64,000 bases of DNA from assembly GCF_009914755.1 (NCBI RefSeq), contig NC_060929.1. One strand, written 5' to 3'. This document shows positions 23,429 to 41,314 of the stretch, piece after piece. Every line of letters starts with the position of its first letter. Position 1 is the stretch's first letter. The DNA is from the human T2T-CHM13v2.0 reference genome, Homo sapiens. The position numbers and the translations under genes are program-made. The notes beneath the pieces are model-generated. The model was given only the letters and a program-made list of their open reading frames with translations. It did no database searches and had not been told where the DNA came from.

Positions 23429-24214
23429 AAACATGTTTTACTTTTGTGGTTAGAATAAAAGGCAGTTGATCTCCCTTTATTTTTTAAGTAAAATCTTTTA
23501 TTAATGACAATTGTAGTTTTTTTTAAAAAAAACTGGAAAACACCTCAGTTCTCTTACACTTTGTAGAAGAACATGTGTATTATAATTATACAGGTTTTTT
23601 TTTTAGTAAACCAGTGCGAGTCTTTTGTGTCTAAAGCTTTGTCTGACTAAGGGTAACCAGTAACACAGGTGTGCTAGGAAGAGAAAACCATCTGTTTCTC
23701 TTGGGGCGGAAATGGATTTTAAAAGTCTATCTCCATTTACTGGAAAGCTAGAAGAAAATGAATACCTTTCCTACAATCCAGCGTTACCTTCTGTTGTTAT
23801 TTTCAGTGAACATCTCTTTAGAAAACTACCAACAATATTTACAAAGTTTTAGAAATACAAGTTTGATTCAGGCTTGAGTCTCAAAGTTTACTTGCTGAAA
23901 GGGTATTAATTAGTAGCTGAGATTAAAGTGGAAACAGCCATAAACATTAAGTTCTTTTCAGAAATCCCTACTTACTATGATTAAAGCTTTGTTTTGTGCT
24001 AGAAAGATTTGGGACTCTCTTGAGTCTGGAATGGAGAAAATCTCTGCCTATCCTACCTGCTATATTTCCTTCTGCATAAAGTGAGAATCACACTGGAGTA
24101 CTTAATAAATAAGTTGGTAATACCTCATAAAAGTGCTGTTTTTGATCTTTAAAAGGGCCACAGTTGAACCCCTGTGAAAATAAGAGAAAAGAAAAAAGGG
24201 GAGGGGGCACAGAG

Positions 24215-24835
24215 TAGCAATACTGATGTCCTTCAATAGGTAAATGGATAAACTAACTGTGGTACATTCATGCAAAGATAAAAGGAAATGAGCTACAAAG
24301 TCATGAAAAGAGATGGGGGAAATTTAACTGCAGATTGCTTAAATACATGTCTTAAATACACATCTAAAAAAGCTACATACTGTGCTTCCAACTACATGAA
24401 AAGGCAAAACTATGAAGACAGTAAAAAACAAACAAACAAACAAAAAACAGTTGTTGCCAAGGGTTTGAGGCGGGAGTGAGTAAGGGAGGAAGGAAGGAAT
24501 AGGTGGAGTACAGGGGATTTTTAGGGCAATAATACTGATCTCTATGATGCTGTAATGGTGGATACATGTCATTATACATTTGTCAAGCCCATAGACTGTA
24601 CAACACAAAAAGGTGAACCCAGTCATAAACTGTAGACTTTAGTTAATAATAATGTATCAATACTGGCTCACTAAATGTACCACACTAACGCTAGATGCTA
24701 ATGACAGAAGAAACTGTAGAGGGTAGGGAGACGGAGTGAGGACAGGGAGTATATGGGAATTCTGTACTTTCCACTCATATTTTCTGTAAACGTAAAACTG
24801 CTCTAAGACAAAGTTTATTAATTAAAAACAAACAA
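24215..24835 (+). mobile_element. L1MC-type 3' end
   Basis: GATGTCCTTCAATAGGTAAATGGATAAAC...TGTGGTACAT...GTAATGGTGGATACATGTCATTATACATTTGTC...AAAACTGCTCTAA. Confidence 0.85.
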
Positions 24836-25653
24836 ATGAAAAGGCCATTAATGGCTACTGTGTGAACACCTGATCATCAGAGAGCTCTGATGGAGTCTGT
24901 AGCCTTGCTCTTACAGGCACTGCCAGACCTGGGCTGGGGCTTTGTGTCCTTCAGTATACAGCAATATACAGTACACATGAGTTGCACAGTCATGAAAAAA
25001 TTACATTGGGTATTTTACTGTGTGTATGAAAGCTATTAATTTTTACCATATTAGAATGTTTTGGTCTCAAACCATATATGATGGAAAATTTTCACACAGA
25101 GTTCCTTTAAAAATGTCTGAAATTCGCATAGTTTTTGCATGTCTAATTCCATTTGGCACCTGCTCCTTTGAGGGCAAGAACAGAAAAATCATCCAACCTT
25201 TAATGTGGTCAATTTTATCCTTTGAAGCACAATCCTGTTGAAAATCTGTAAAACTTAACACCTATACTTATGTGAATTAAACTCTGATATTTATTAATTA
25301 CAAAACTTTTTGTGAATATAATTACATATTCTGCAATTTTTTTAATTTGGGGGGAATATCAACTTGTTTTTGGTTTGTCATATAGTGCCCAAGTAGACAT
25401 TGGATCTTTAGAACTGATGTGTTTCTCACTTTCCCTCTCACTGATAGGATGAAAAAAAGCATAAGGGAGATTTCAGTAAAACACAGATAGCATAGGTGAA
25501 CATCTTTGTTTTCTCATTTATGTGCCACGAGGCTACCTTAATTCTTCCTATATGAAAGCAAATTCCCTTAATAATAAAAATATATTTTAAAGGTTTTTTA
25601 ATTTTTAATTTTGAAATAATTATAGACTCACAACAAGTTATAAAAATAGTACA

Positions 25654-25961
<308 letters not shown>

Positions 25962-26174
25962 TAAAAATAGTACAGAGAGGTACTATGCATTGTCCATCCA
26001 GCTTCTCCCAATGATAGCAAATATTAACATGATTAACAGATTTTTCATACACAACAAAATATTTCCAGTCAATGACCATATTGTTTTTAATTAAGCAGAT
26101 TACATATTTTTCAATAATTTCAACAGCCCTCTAGACAAATTCACTTTAGTCATCTAGTGAGATTTAACTAATAT

Positions 26175-26350
26175 GGTGGCTCTTTAGCATGCCTTAGAAT
26201 CAGCTGCAGGCACATTAAACCAGAGGTTACTGGGTTCCTCCTCCAGAATTTCAGATTCAATAGGTTTAGGGTGGAGAACCAGAGGCTGCAGTTCTAATAG
26301 GTTCCCAGGTGATGCCAATGATAGTGGCCTGGGAACCACACCTTGAAAAC
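26175..26350. mobile_element. MER5-like hAT-Charlie MITE
   Basis: TTAGAATCAGCTG...CCAGAATTTCAGATTCAATAGGT...GTTCCCAGGTGATGC...GGGAACCACACCTTGA. Confidence 0.75.
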
Positions 26351-26898
26351 AAAAGAATGAAAACCACATAATCTATGGCTGATTTCATGTTTTTAGAATG
26401 TAAGCTTAAGAAAGTCAGAACGAACTTGAAAGTGAAAACACAACTAGTGAAACTAGACATTTTATTATCTCTAAATGAGTAGCAGAAGAGGTTTGGGAAC
26501 AACCGAGTCTGGCCAAAGTACAAAGGTTGTATCTTCAATGAAATTAAATTACTAGAAAGAAATTGTGACAATGAAAGCTAAAACTTAATCAGTGGAATTG
26601 CTCTCTGTCTGAAGAAAATAGGTATTTATAGGGAGGGAATGATCTGTATGGATTTTTGGAAAAAGAACATCTTCCAAAGTAAAATTTGTGGTTATTCAGC
26701 ATTACTCAGAAAAGGGAGCACATTGACGAAGTGATATGAATAATCAACCTGGACTGAGTGGTCATGCATGTAACCAGACTTGGTGAGACTAATCATTGAG
26801 AGCATTTATCTCTTTAATTGTTACATTTGATTTGCATGTAAGAGTTGCACTTACTTGTTCTTTTTCTGGCAAACTTCTGATACACTTGGAAATTATGT

Positions 26899-27195
26899 AT
26901 TTTTTTCTTGAGACCAGGGTCTTGCTCTGATGTCCAGGCTGGAGCACAGTGGCATGATCATGGCTCACTGCAGCCTCGACTTCCCAGGCTCAAGTGATCC
27001 TCCCACCTCAGCCTCCCATGGAGCTGGTACTACAGGCATGCAACCCCATGCTTGGCTAATTTTTATATATTTTTTTGTAGAGGCAGGGATTTGCCATGTT
27101 GCCCAGGCATGTCTCGACCTCTTGGGCTCAAGCAAACTGCCTGCCTTGGCCTCCCAAAATGCTGGGAGTACAGGCATGAGTCACCGCACCTGGCC
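26899..27195 (-). mobile_element. Alu (AluJ-like)
   Basis: GATCATGGCTCACTGCAGCCTCGACTTCCCAGGCTCAAGTGATCC...CGCACCTGGCC. Confidence 0.93.
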
Positions 27196-27514
27196 GGAGA
27201 TTATATTTTTTGATGTAAATGAACGCACAGGCATTATGAACTATTTATCGATCTCATATGAGTTTTGTTAGTCCCTAGGCTGTATCAACTCTAAGGACCC
27301 AGACAATCAGAATTTCTAGATATGCAAGTACTGGTACTTCTAAGGGCTTATTGGGGTGATCAAATTGTGTACATACCTCTGTATCTCCTCTCCATATGAC
27401 AGTAAAACTACTGTTTATACATTCTGAAAAATTATCCATTTTAAACACATGAAATGTTTCTATTTACTAGAACTCCAGAGAAGAGACCATGATGTTAATT
27501 ACAAATGTCAGTGT

Positions 27515-28047
27515 TGTCAAGAACTGTGAAGGTTCTGAGATTTTTACCCTGCTTTCTGGCTTACAAGTTATGCTGCCACAGTTTCATGGATGCTGAAAAA
27601 AAGACAAGATTCCTGGACCAGAGATGAAAGATAGCAGGAGCCAGTGTCAGAATTTTTGTGCTGGTTCTCTGAGCCCCAACTCTTACAGGACAACACAAAT
27701 GGGGCAGATGACAGCTGTAACACACTGTTGGTTGTGTTCCAGGAAAGGAACCTGAACTTAGAGAGCCAGAATCTTTTACAATGGGCAGTGAGCATGCCTG
27801 CCCTTTGCTTTGGAATGAGATATTCTCTTTGTTATACTGGATATTAGGCATGCCTGTCCATTGCCCCAGAGGCTTGACACTGTCTCTATCTTCTAAGGCT
27901 GTAAGCAAACCTTTGTTCAGAAGCGCAACACTTTCTCCATTTGCCAAGTCCATTCACTATACAAACACCCTTGAGATTATCCACAAAAAAGGGCAGTCAC
28001 AATATGTGCATAAATGTGAAAGACCCACGGAGAATTGTCTCCCAACC
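27515..28047 (-). mobile_element. ERV-class solo LTR (MER76-like ERVL; family uncertain)
   Basis: TGTCAAGAACTGTGAAGGTTCTGAGATTTTTACCCT...CTGCCACAGTTTCATGGATGCTG ... GGAGAATTGTCTCCCAAC, recalled as the termini of an ERVL-type LTR. Confidence 0.65.
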
Positions 28048-31000
28048 AGTATATACATATTGCAACAGTTCTCAGTTCTGAAAACACTGACTAATAGATT
28101 AATGACTTTCTTCTAGAAATCTTATCCTTCCATGATCCAGTTCATATAAATTAGAGCTAGATAAATCTATTACCTAGGCTAGTCTACTTGGAGGTAAAGG
28201 CGGATTTGTGGTAATATATAATGGCACATATACATTTGTTTTCAATTCATGTCCTTTCACATACTCCTTTTTCCCGTTAATATTTCTAATTATTTTAATC
28301 ATTGCAAGTTTTCATAATGATTATTTGGTTTCTATTTTTCTCTCCTTTAGAACTGTTAAAAGTGTTCTGATTCTGATTTTAGCTCTGTAAAATAACTCAC
28401 TGCTTTTGAGTCACTCCTGAATCTTGAAAATTTTGAAAGGTTAGTAAAATGTTATGCTGTTTCATTATTGCTGTGGTAGCTACAGTTTTCTTTTCCCTTC
28501 TGCTTTTTGTGCCTTTGTTTATGTCATGCTACAAAATACTTTCGATCCTTTCCTGATAACTTGTACCAGACATAATGTCTCCTATCAGAGATCTAAGTCT
28601 GCAGCAGAAAATATCTGTTGTGTATTTATGCTAATTGGAACATACTGTCTTGTTTTCTCTTCTTCAATGAGATGAAGAAAACAATAATTTTGTCTCATTT
28701 AATTTTTTTAGAAAGAAATTTTGCATTTTACACAGAATAAGAAAATTGTTGGCTTTTTAAAATACAGCAGATAACTTTGAAAAAAATTCCCTGTCATATG
28801 TGGTTAAACTCTAAGGGAAAAATTATGACAATCATTTCTAATTTTTGCAACTATAATTGTCTATGGCAGATTCATTTGATGTGGATATTAGATTTGTAGG
28901 GAATAGAACACTCTTGAAGTCTGCTATCCTTTTATTATAAGCAAGCTGCTCACTGTAAGAATAAAAACAGTTTTAGCCACTTTAAAAGCTCATTATTTTG
29001 AGGGGCAGGCTTTGGCTTGACAACTAGAACAAATTCTGGCTCATGGCCAGCTTTGTTTCCTTTCATACAAACACTCAGTGATTAACTAGACTCACAGAAC
29101 CTTAGTGTGGAACATGTAGTAGGAATCATTCAGTTCCACTGGTTTTCAACCTCTTGTATGGTATAAATCCACCAAACTCCTGGGTCTCACCATAACAGAA
29201 AAAAACAGTAAACAACAACAAAATGCAAACACAAAATTTTATGAGTTTTGTGCTTCCTTTCATTATAATAATGTCTTAAAATTTGTTCAAAAAACTCAGG
29301 CCTGCCATCTATGCTACATATATATATTTGTGGTAAATTAGTAGTGGTTGAGATCCACTGCGAGTTTCAAGATTAGAAAACAGGCTTGATTAGCTGAGGT
29401 CGCACAGCTGTTTGGTGGCAGAGTCAGGATTAGGGCCCTACATCTCTTCATTCTCAAATATGTTTTTCAATATCTTGCCTCCTGGGGCACTGAACAGATG
29501 CTCAGTTGCCCCTGGAGTGATCTAAACCCTGCTTCTCTTTATGTCTGTATTCTGGGTGGGACTTTATTTGATAAACGAGTTAGCCACAGGCATAAATTAG
29601 GCAGTTTTCACTAATGTCCAGAGGTCACTAGGGTACCATTAGTAAAATAGGGTTTTATCTTAACTAAAAGGGCATCCTAGTAGCCTGAAAGAATTTATGA
29701 ACCTCCAAACACATTAAACCAGAACTGAAGACATTTAGTATAGTCATTTAACAAATAATCCAACACTTCTATTCTCTCAAAAATTATTTAACAATCTACA
29801 TTTTTCACTTGATGAAAATTTTATCACATTTTCTTCACATATGTACCTTGGTGACTATGAATCACTGATTGGTTGCATATTCACTCATCTGGGTCACATA
29901 CTTTTATTGAGTGACGGAAGCTTGGGAATAAAGATGAATCCAATACTCCCTGAATTCAAGGCACTCAAAATTTAGGAAAGAATAAAAAATATATAAATGA
30001 AAAGTCATTCAACTTGAATAAGACTACAGAGCACAAATTGTAGTATAATATACTTACTTTCAAAAGATATTATAAAATCGCTGCTTTTGTGATTAATAAA
30101 GAATCCTATTATATTAAGATAATCATAACTACTAATGGAAAAGCCATAGCACACAAATATATAGTTTAAAGAATAATTACTTACTAATTTAAAATAATCT
30201 ACATAGTTTTCTAAAAACTTACATGTATATCATCTTATTTAATCTTGGAAACAATTCTGGGAAGTAAGTAGGATATACAGTGCTATCATCATTTTATAAG
30301 TGAAACTCAGAAATTTGGCCCTTAATATACGGTAACCAACAAATACACTGCAAAGTTACCAGGATGTATGTCCCTCCCGATCTCTCCCCTTAGGTACCTG
30401 TGAGCTGGGCCCAAACTTAATACAGCGTTTAATCCCAGACAGTGTTTTGGGGCCCTGATCCTTTCCTCCTTTGCCTATCACAGGAAGCCAGAAAGAAATG
30501 TAAATTTACTCTTGATTCCAGGTTCCTTCAGCCTGGAGTAAAAACTTAAACAGAATACAACCCAGACGAAAAGGTTGAAGGAAAAGGTCTCAAACCCTGA
30601 CAGGCTGAATTCTCAAAGACCATAACTAAAAAAAACAAATCAAAATGCTATGTTTAAAAAGCTTTTCTACCTCTCCTAACAGTCAAGCCAGACCCTTCTC
30701 CTATTAGATGCAAACACGATCTTTAATCTATAATGCATCTGCTTTCACAACATAGAATGATTAAAAGAGAGGAAGGCTCCCCTCCGTGCCCTATTCTACT
30801 TCCTCTCTATGCTTCTCTAAGTAGCTGATTACTATGAACCCTGCATGTTTCCGGCGATGTTTTTGGAGCTCTTTCCTTTGTTGTCATCTACTAGATTCAG
30901 AGCTTCTCATTAAGGAAATTAATGTAAGTATAGTAAAATATGTGGCCAAAAGAGTCAAAATTGAACTAGGTTTTGCTCATTCCATGTCCATTCCATATAC

Positions 31001-31059
31001 CAAGCTTCCTCAACTACTCTTTTTGCATTTTTTACCTTCACTAATTTGACAGCTATTCA

Positions 31060-31476
<417 letters not shown>

Positions 31477-34400
31477 TTAATTTATCATAATATAAACAGT
31501 TTCTAATGTTTACTTAGATTTATAAGGGTTGGACGATGTTCCTGAAAGAAAATAGAAAGTCACATAGGTAACCTGATTGATCTCAGACCAGTGTGTTTAA
31601 TACTGCAAGGCAGTATAGTAAAGGGGTAAAGAGAGAAGTCTGGGGTCAGATTGTCTGGGTGGGTCTGATTTTGGGCTCTATATTTATTACTGTGTCACCT
31701 TAGGTAAGTCATTTAACTTTTCTGCGTCTCAGTTTTATCATCTAAAAAAAAACCCTTAAGATAATAATAGTATCCAACTTAGAAAGGCGATGATTTAGGA
31801 CTTGTAAGATGCTCAGAAGAAATGTTGTCTGTGGTCATTATTGCACATAGGCTAATATTGAGGGGAGAACACTGGTTCATTCCCCTGCCTGTGATTTCAG
31901 GAATTCTGCCCCACTTAAAGTCTTACCAATATATGTCTGGATTCCCCATTTAAGGTTTTCATGGGCTTACAAAAACTCAGATCCTGCCTAAGCTACCTGA
32001 GGGTACGTTTTACCTCCCCTGCTGCTGGTCCTGTGACAAGGCTAATGTCTAGCCACACCAGGGTGCCTCCCCTAGATGCTCCCAACATTGGATTTCCAGG
32101 AGTCTTACTGTACCAAAGCCAAGGTCTTTTCCACCCAGAAGGGAAGGGAATACTTAGCCTCCTGCCTCTTGATGCCACATTCTACTCCCTTGAGTGCTTT
32201 AGGGAATTTGCTTCGATGCTTCATGCCTACTACGCCTTTCTCTTTAAACTTCACGCTTGGGGCCCTGGCTATGAAACAGGGATACCTGAGGCACAAAACC
32301 TCCCTACCTCTCCCGTTTTTCAAAGAGCAACTCTCTGGCAAATGGACTCATGAAAGTCCTGCTTAAAAGTTCCTCAGACATGTTTGAATGGGCTTAAATC
32401 TTACTTTAGGCTCAGTCCAGGACTCTGATTCCCCTTTCCTGGTTACATAAAGATGCTAATAAAATCCTGAAACCCCCTTTAAGCAATCAGCAAACAGAAT
32501 CTCCTCTTAGTTTTCCCTTTTGGGCAACTGTATATGCCTGCACTGTATTCAGTAAACATATTTCCTAAACAAAGTAAAGCTTTCCATATGCTTTTGTGAT
32601 TTTAACACATTACTGATTGAGCACAGTAAAAGCCTGAAATGCATGCAGTGCTAGTAAGATAGTCCCATGGGTATCTACTTCCTTAAACAACTTTCCCTCA
32701 AAAGTACTAAATGTCTCCATAATATCAACTATTGATAAAGTTCTCAATTCAGTGTTATGTCAGTTGAGGCAACCCACTGATTTATATTTCCTAGAAGGCT
32801 TTTTCTTTGAGAGTTAGAATGGTAGACAGAAAAGGAAATTAATCTACATGAAACTCTAAGGGAAAAATGTAGGTTTACAAGTAGTGAGGAATGGCGAACT
32901 ATTTTTTTTTTTTCTGCAGGACATTTCTGATGAGTCATGTTTATATGCACAAGTATGTATACCCACTGTTACTACAGGCATAGTAGAGATACAGTTGGCT
33001 GCAGGCTGTACACAATAATCTGAAGCCTGGCTGTAAACCTTCTCTTCACATTAATCTGCCACACACTCTGATGATTAGGAATCCCTGATCCACTAATAAT
33101 CTTTTCTACTATGAATATATAGCTGAACAATTTGTGATTACAGTTGCTAATATATCCTGAAGTACATCTAACCTCCAGTTGATGTCCCATCTGGTGGTGT
33201 TTCCAGTTTTGTGAGCTTTATCTCTGAATCAACTTTAATAGAAAATAGTAAGGTCCTGAAGCACTAGTAGTCACTTGGTTCTGGAACCCTATTTATCTCT
33301 GCATTTCAATAATGGGCATTTTTATGTAATGCCAATGAGCAGGGAATGTTCACAGAATGCACTATGTAGGGATTCCCTAATATCTGCGTTGTAGCAGCAT
33401 CTAACCATGTGCCATTCAAGCATATTGTAAGCAAAAGGGATGGATTAGCCCAGTGTGGAACAATTAGAAATGAGCCAGCTTGCCTGAAACAAAGGCTACG
33501 GAAAGAGATTAAGAGTAGAGACATCTGCTTACCATCAAGGGTAGACTATAAATAGCAGTAGCAGCCTGAAACCAGAAAGTGATATATATATATATATATA
33601 TATATAAATGGAAAGGTCTATTGTTCACATACAAACTTTCCAAAACCACCACGACTGCCCCATCATCATTATCACTAATATTCCTTTGCAAATATTTATA
33701 TTTAATATGCATTGAAAAATCAGGTTGCTTGTTTTAACATAAAACCAGAGTGTGTGATATAGGATGGTATATATTATTTTCAAATTTTAAAAGGAAAAAG
33801 AAAGCTCATAAAGGAATTACCCCAGTTATTCAGAGAGTTCAAATGTTTCTGTTTTGGTTATCCATCCTCTCTGATACAGCTCACAGGGAAGCTTCAAGTA
33901 GTTAGGAACTAAAAGGTATAAACCAATATTCACCGAGTCTTCTGAAAACACCATGACTTGCAGTTTCACAATTTTAAGAGACAGCACCCTGCAATACCAT
34001 ACTGTGCTTGAACATATGCAAAGAAGGATAATTATAACCATTTTTCAGTCTTGTGCAACTAGAAGTGGAGATATTGCACCCGATCTGCAAACTTCATTAT
34101 GAGGCCACTAGGGTGTCCATCACTGTCAAATTCCTATTGGCATTTCAATTAAAGAGGAAGGATGGGGAGAGGGAAAGGGAAGTGAAAGGAGGACAAATAT
34201 TATTCCTAGAAAATAGGCTCAGATATTTGTACTTAATATTTTCTACATTTTGATTATTTGGCAAGTGCCATGGGAGAGAGTGATGTCCAACTTTGCTTGT
34301 CATTTATCTCAGCTTATCCTTTGTTCCCAGTCACAGACTCAACTGGAAGCACTGTGCAAATTACCCCATGATGCAAGCATGCACTTAAGCCAATGGGTTA

Positions 34401-35337
34401 TTTTGTATTTGAAGATGTCCCACCAAATTAATAACTTATTATTTATTGAGGGTTTTTTTCCACCAAAGGTGTACTAGATTTTCACCTAATAATCTATATA
34501 CACTTATTCAGTTCCTGCCTGTGACCAAAGGCCAATTTTTTTTTTTTTATCAGGTGCTTACCCAGGGCATGGAGTACAATGTATGATCACGTGGACAGAT
34601 ATTCTCCATAAAGTAAGAGGAAAATCACATGGAGAGTGAATCTTTGACCTAAGACTCATAAATACAAAGCACTTGCCAACTGAACTAGTGGCTAAAGAGA
34701 AAGAAAGCATTTCCAATTAGGAAATAAACCTGGTTTCACAATACTGTCTATCAAATATTAAGGGATTCTCAGCACTTTTGTCCCAGGTCAAATAATTCTA
34801 AACTTTTATTCTTTACTCAGAAAGCTCTCATTTCCAGAGACTAAACAACCAAGCACATCTGTGAATCTTGATTAAATCCTTATTTTAAAAATTGTAAAGA
34901 CATTTTTGGGATGATTGGAGAAATTTGAAAATGATTATATTAGGTAAATTAGTGTTATATTTTGGAATTACTATTATATGTGCAAATTACTGTTCTATTT
35001 CTTAGGGACCATAATGCTATTATAGTTTTATATGAAAATATCCCATCTTCTTAGAAATTACAGCTGAAATATTTAGAGGTGAAGTGTGATGTCTGTAACT
35101 TTCAAATGTATATACACACACACACAAAGGAACTATTGCAAATTATTAACAAGGTGGTGGGTTATTTATTTTGGTATTCTTTCAACCTTTCTATATGTTT
35201 TAAAATTTCCATAATAAACATTTTGGAACAGTAATTTCTCTTTCTCAAGTTAGGGCAGCTCAATGGAAACAAAAACCAAAAAAAGCCACCACTCCAGGCA
35301 TTGCCAATGTTAATGGAGATGAGAACACCTCTCCTAA

Positions 35338-37741
<2,404 letters not shown>

Positions 37742-37992
37742 AAGAAAAATAAATTTGGTTGAATTTGTTTTATTTCTTAATTAATTTGACACGTATTTGT
37801 TGAATATTTATTCTGTGCTACATACATGGGGGTAAAATAATAATCTGAAATTCCTCTAAGAATTTGTAATTCAATAATGAATAGTAATTATTGTGAATTC
37901 TGCCTCCAACCTCTTTCTATACCCTTCAATAACTCTATGTAACCATCATCTAAGGCCACTACAACTAGTGCTTAAAATCTTTATCATAGCTT

Positions 37993-38301
<309 letters not shown>

Positions 38302-38885
38302 CTATCTGGATCACTGTAATTGCTCCAGACCTGATCATGCCATTTCCCTGCTTAAACTCTGTACTGCCTTGTCACTGGCCTCAAAACTCTGTGATTAATT
38401 AGGTCTCAATTTACCTCTCTAGATTTATCTATCACCACTCATACCTCAAAATCTATCACTTTAGATTAAATTCTTTTCCATTTTCCATCTTGCTATACTC
38501 CTTCTTACTTTTGGGGTTTGCACATGACACTCCCTCTGCTTGAATCATATTCTCCACCCCAATCCTCTTCTATCTTTGCCTGTTTACTTCTTACAAGCCC
38601 TTCAGGTCTCCTATTATGCGTCACTGCAGGAAGCTTTCCTTGACCTTTGAAGTCATGCCTTGACGATAGCACCTCCTACTTTCCCTGGCATTCCCCTTAT
38701 CACACCACATCATAACTGCCAGTTTAATAGCCTAGTCAGTGTTTAAAAATTAGCATGCTGCACTTCTCACTGTGAACTCTGGCATAATTGTTAAGATACA
38801 GGTAATAACATTGACTGGAAACATTAAATGGATATGAGAAGAGTGTAAAGTTATCTGTATATGGGTAAACTTCAAGTAATGGTTA

Positions 38886-39765
38886 TGTCAGAGCCAAAGG
38901 AAAGCTTCCCTTCACCCTCTGAAGGTTTGCTGAAAATCACTGACAAGAGGCAGATTACTAAGAGGAAAGGTGTACAAATTTATTTGATCATAGTTTTACT
39001 TGACATGAGAGCCTTCAGAATGAAAACCCAAAGATAGAGGGGAAATTGTCCATTTTCATGCTTGGGTTCAACAAAGTACGGAAGCTGTGTAAAAATATGA
39101 TTGGACAAAAGGGTAAGATCTAATGTTAATAGGCTAAGGGGGGAAGCCCAGCATGGCCTGTCTGTCTAGATTCTTTTTGGCCTCTCTGATCATGTATTCC
39201 TTCCTTCTGAGTGAGGGGTGAGACCCTCTCAGGAATGGGACTCTTATGACCTATATTCAAACAAAGTAGGTCAGATAATTTCCCTATGACTAGTCTATTT
39301 TTTTTTTTTTTTTTTTTTTGAGACAGAGTCTCACTCTGCCATCTGTCACCCAGGCTGGAGTGCAGTGGTGAGGTCTCGGCTCACTGCAACCTCCACCTCC
39401 TGGGTTCAAGCGATTTTCTTGCCTCAGCCTCCTGAGTAGCTGGGATTACAGATATGCACCACTATGCCCAGCTAATTTTTGTATTTTTAGTAGAGACAGG
39501 GTTTTGCCATATTGGCCAGGCTGGTCTCGAACTCCTGATATGGCCAGTTTTTACGAGCAGGGTGAGAAAGTTATAATATTTTTAGATTTTATAGCTGGCT
39601 CTGAGGGAAGGGATTCTGGTTTCTATGACTCACCTCAGGGAAGAGGGATCCTAATTTCTTTGGCTAGCCTTGGGGGAAAACGAGAGTGAGAGATAGGAGG
39701 GCAGATCAGAGAAAAACTTTGCTTCTGAGGCCTTCCTTTTGGGGTATTATTTTCTGAGTCCAGTG
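38886..39765 (-). mobile_element. ERV1-class solo LTR (MER39/MER31 group) interrupted by an Alu
   Basis: AAAGGAAAGCTTCCCTTCACCCTCTGAAGGTTTGCTGAAAATCACTGAC ... GCTTCTGAGGCCTTC...TTTTGGGGTATTATTTTCTGAG. Confidence 0.75.
39298..39540 (-). mobile_element. 5'-truncated Alu
   Basis: Poly-T, complete right arm, and a left arm that stops at GAACTCCTGA. Confidence 0.92.
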
Positions 39766-41314
39766 GTTATTATATGTTGCTGCTGGCAAATTGTCCAGTT
39801 AAGAAGTTCCAAAAGAGACTATATGGCAATATATTACCTACCTTTTTGTTTGGAATTATAATATTTTTAGAAACATGTAGGAAGTCAAAATTAACTCCCT
39901 TATATCTATGTGTGCCTTTTATTATAAAGTCATCTGGTACCATGACTTTAAAAGGCACACATACTCACATGCACACAATTAAAATGAAATGGAAGACGTG
40001 AAAAACTCATAACTTAGCAATATGCTTATCAACCCCCTGGTTATTTGTTGAATTGTTCACTAGAAAGCCTTTCCTGGGTCCTCTGGTAATAGAAATAATT
40101 CTAATTATAGCACACTTCATTTTTACTGTGTAGCCCACTACAGAGCACTCTCCTCTACCTTTTTCTTCTCTTTCCTTTCTTTCTCTTTTCCCTTCTGTCA
40201 TGGATTATTAATGATGGTTGGCTGTGATTTATTAGCTGTCTTGCACAGTGTTTCTTAAGTGTATCATTGACATTAGCTAATTGCCAATGCTGCAACCCTG
40301 CCATAATCCCTGTCACACTGTTTTCCGTTTAAACACTTGCTGTTTTGCCCAAACTTCCTTCACACTGATCTTCTAAAGACCAAATAAAATGCTATCTACT
40401 ATTCTCTATTTATAGTAGTGCATTGATTCCGTGTGTTTAATGTCTGAAGTTTGACTTCAGGCAAGCTGAAATATATTATAAATTTTTGTGCATGTGTCAT
40501 TACATACTACCTTTAAAGTTTAAAAAATCAACTAGCTCACATAATATACCAATTACCAGGCTGAAGTGATAATTCACTCTCACTTGAAAAATGAGAAGTC
40601 AACCTGATTTATAGTTTGTACCATACATTTATAGTGTATGTAACACAAAAGCATGTCTGCCCAGGCATTCTATCTTGTGACACTTCCAAATATCTACAGT
40701 AAATAATGTTCATAATGAAGAGCTTACAAGGTCTCGAATACGAGATTATGGTCCAGGTAGTTTTAGCATTGAATGCATTTAATTGTTAAGCCCTTTAGAA
40801 ATGTAATGTGTGTATTGTATAGGTGTTCTAGGTGAGTATCTATTTTTAACTGTTAATTGTCATTAGTCACTTTTAACACAATGTCCTGTATGCACAAAAT
40901 TGTTATATGCTCTAGGCATCTGCCTATTTCTCACTGAGATGGATTTTTTTTTTAGTATGTGAATAAGTAAGTCATTTCAGAATCCAGAAAAAACATATAA
41001 TACACAGTTATAAAAGTTATTTCTCTCTAATTATCACCAGGCAGAGTCTGATATTGAATCACTAACTACCCTTTAGATCCGTAATTTAATGGCAACAAAT
41101 GTGAGCATCACTTGCAGTAGCTTTAAACAGAATTCCTAACCTACTTATATACTCTGGTGGTCAATCTCAGTCTCTGCTTTCTTCCTGTGGAGGAATTGAA
41201 ATTCAAACTGTTCATCATCCTGTATAAGTATAGCATGAAACTTGGCCTTGAATATTTGAGTTTCTTAATCTGTGCTTATTTTGTAAACCCCCCATAAAGC
41301 TATTTATTATTATT

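Noticed and set aside
31961-32353. 130-aa ATG-initiated ORF in unique sequence
   Set aside because: No recognisable domain, promoter or exon context. Length is compatible with chance; it would need Ribo-seq or PhyloCSF support.
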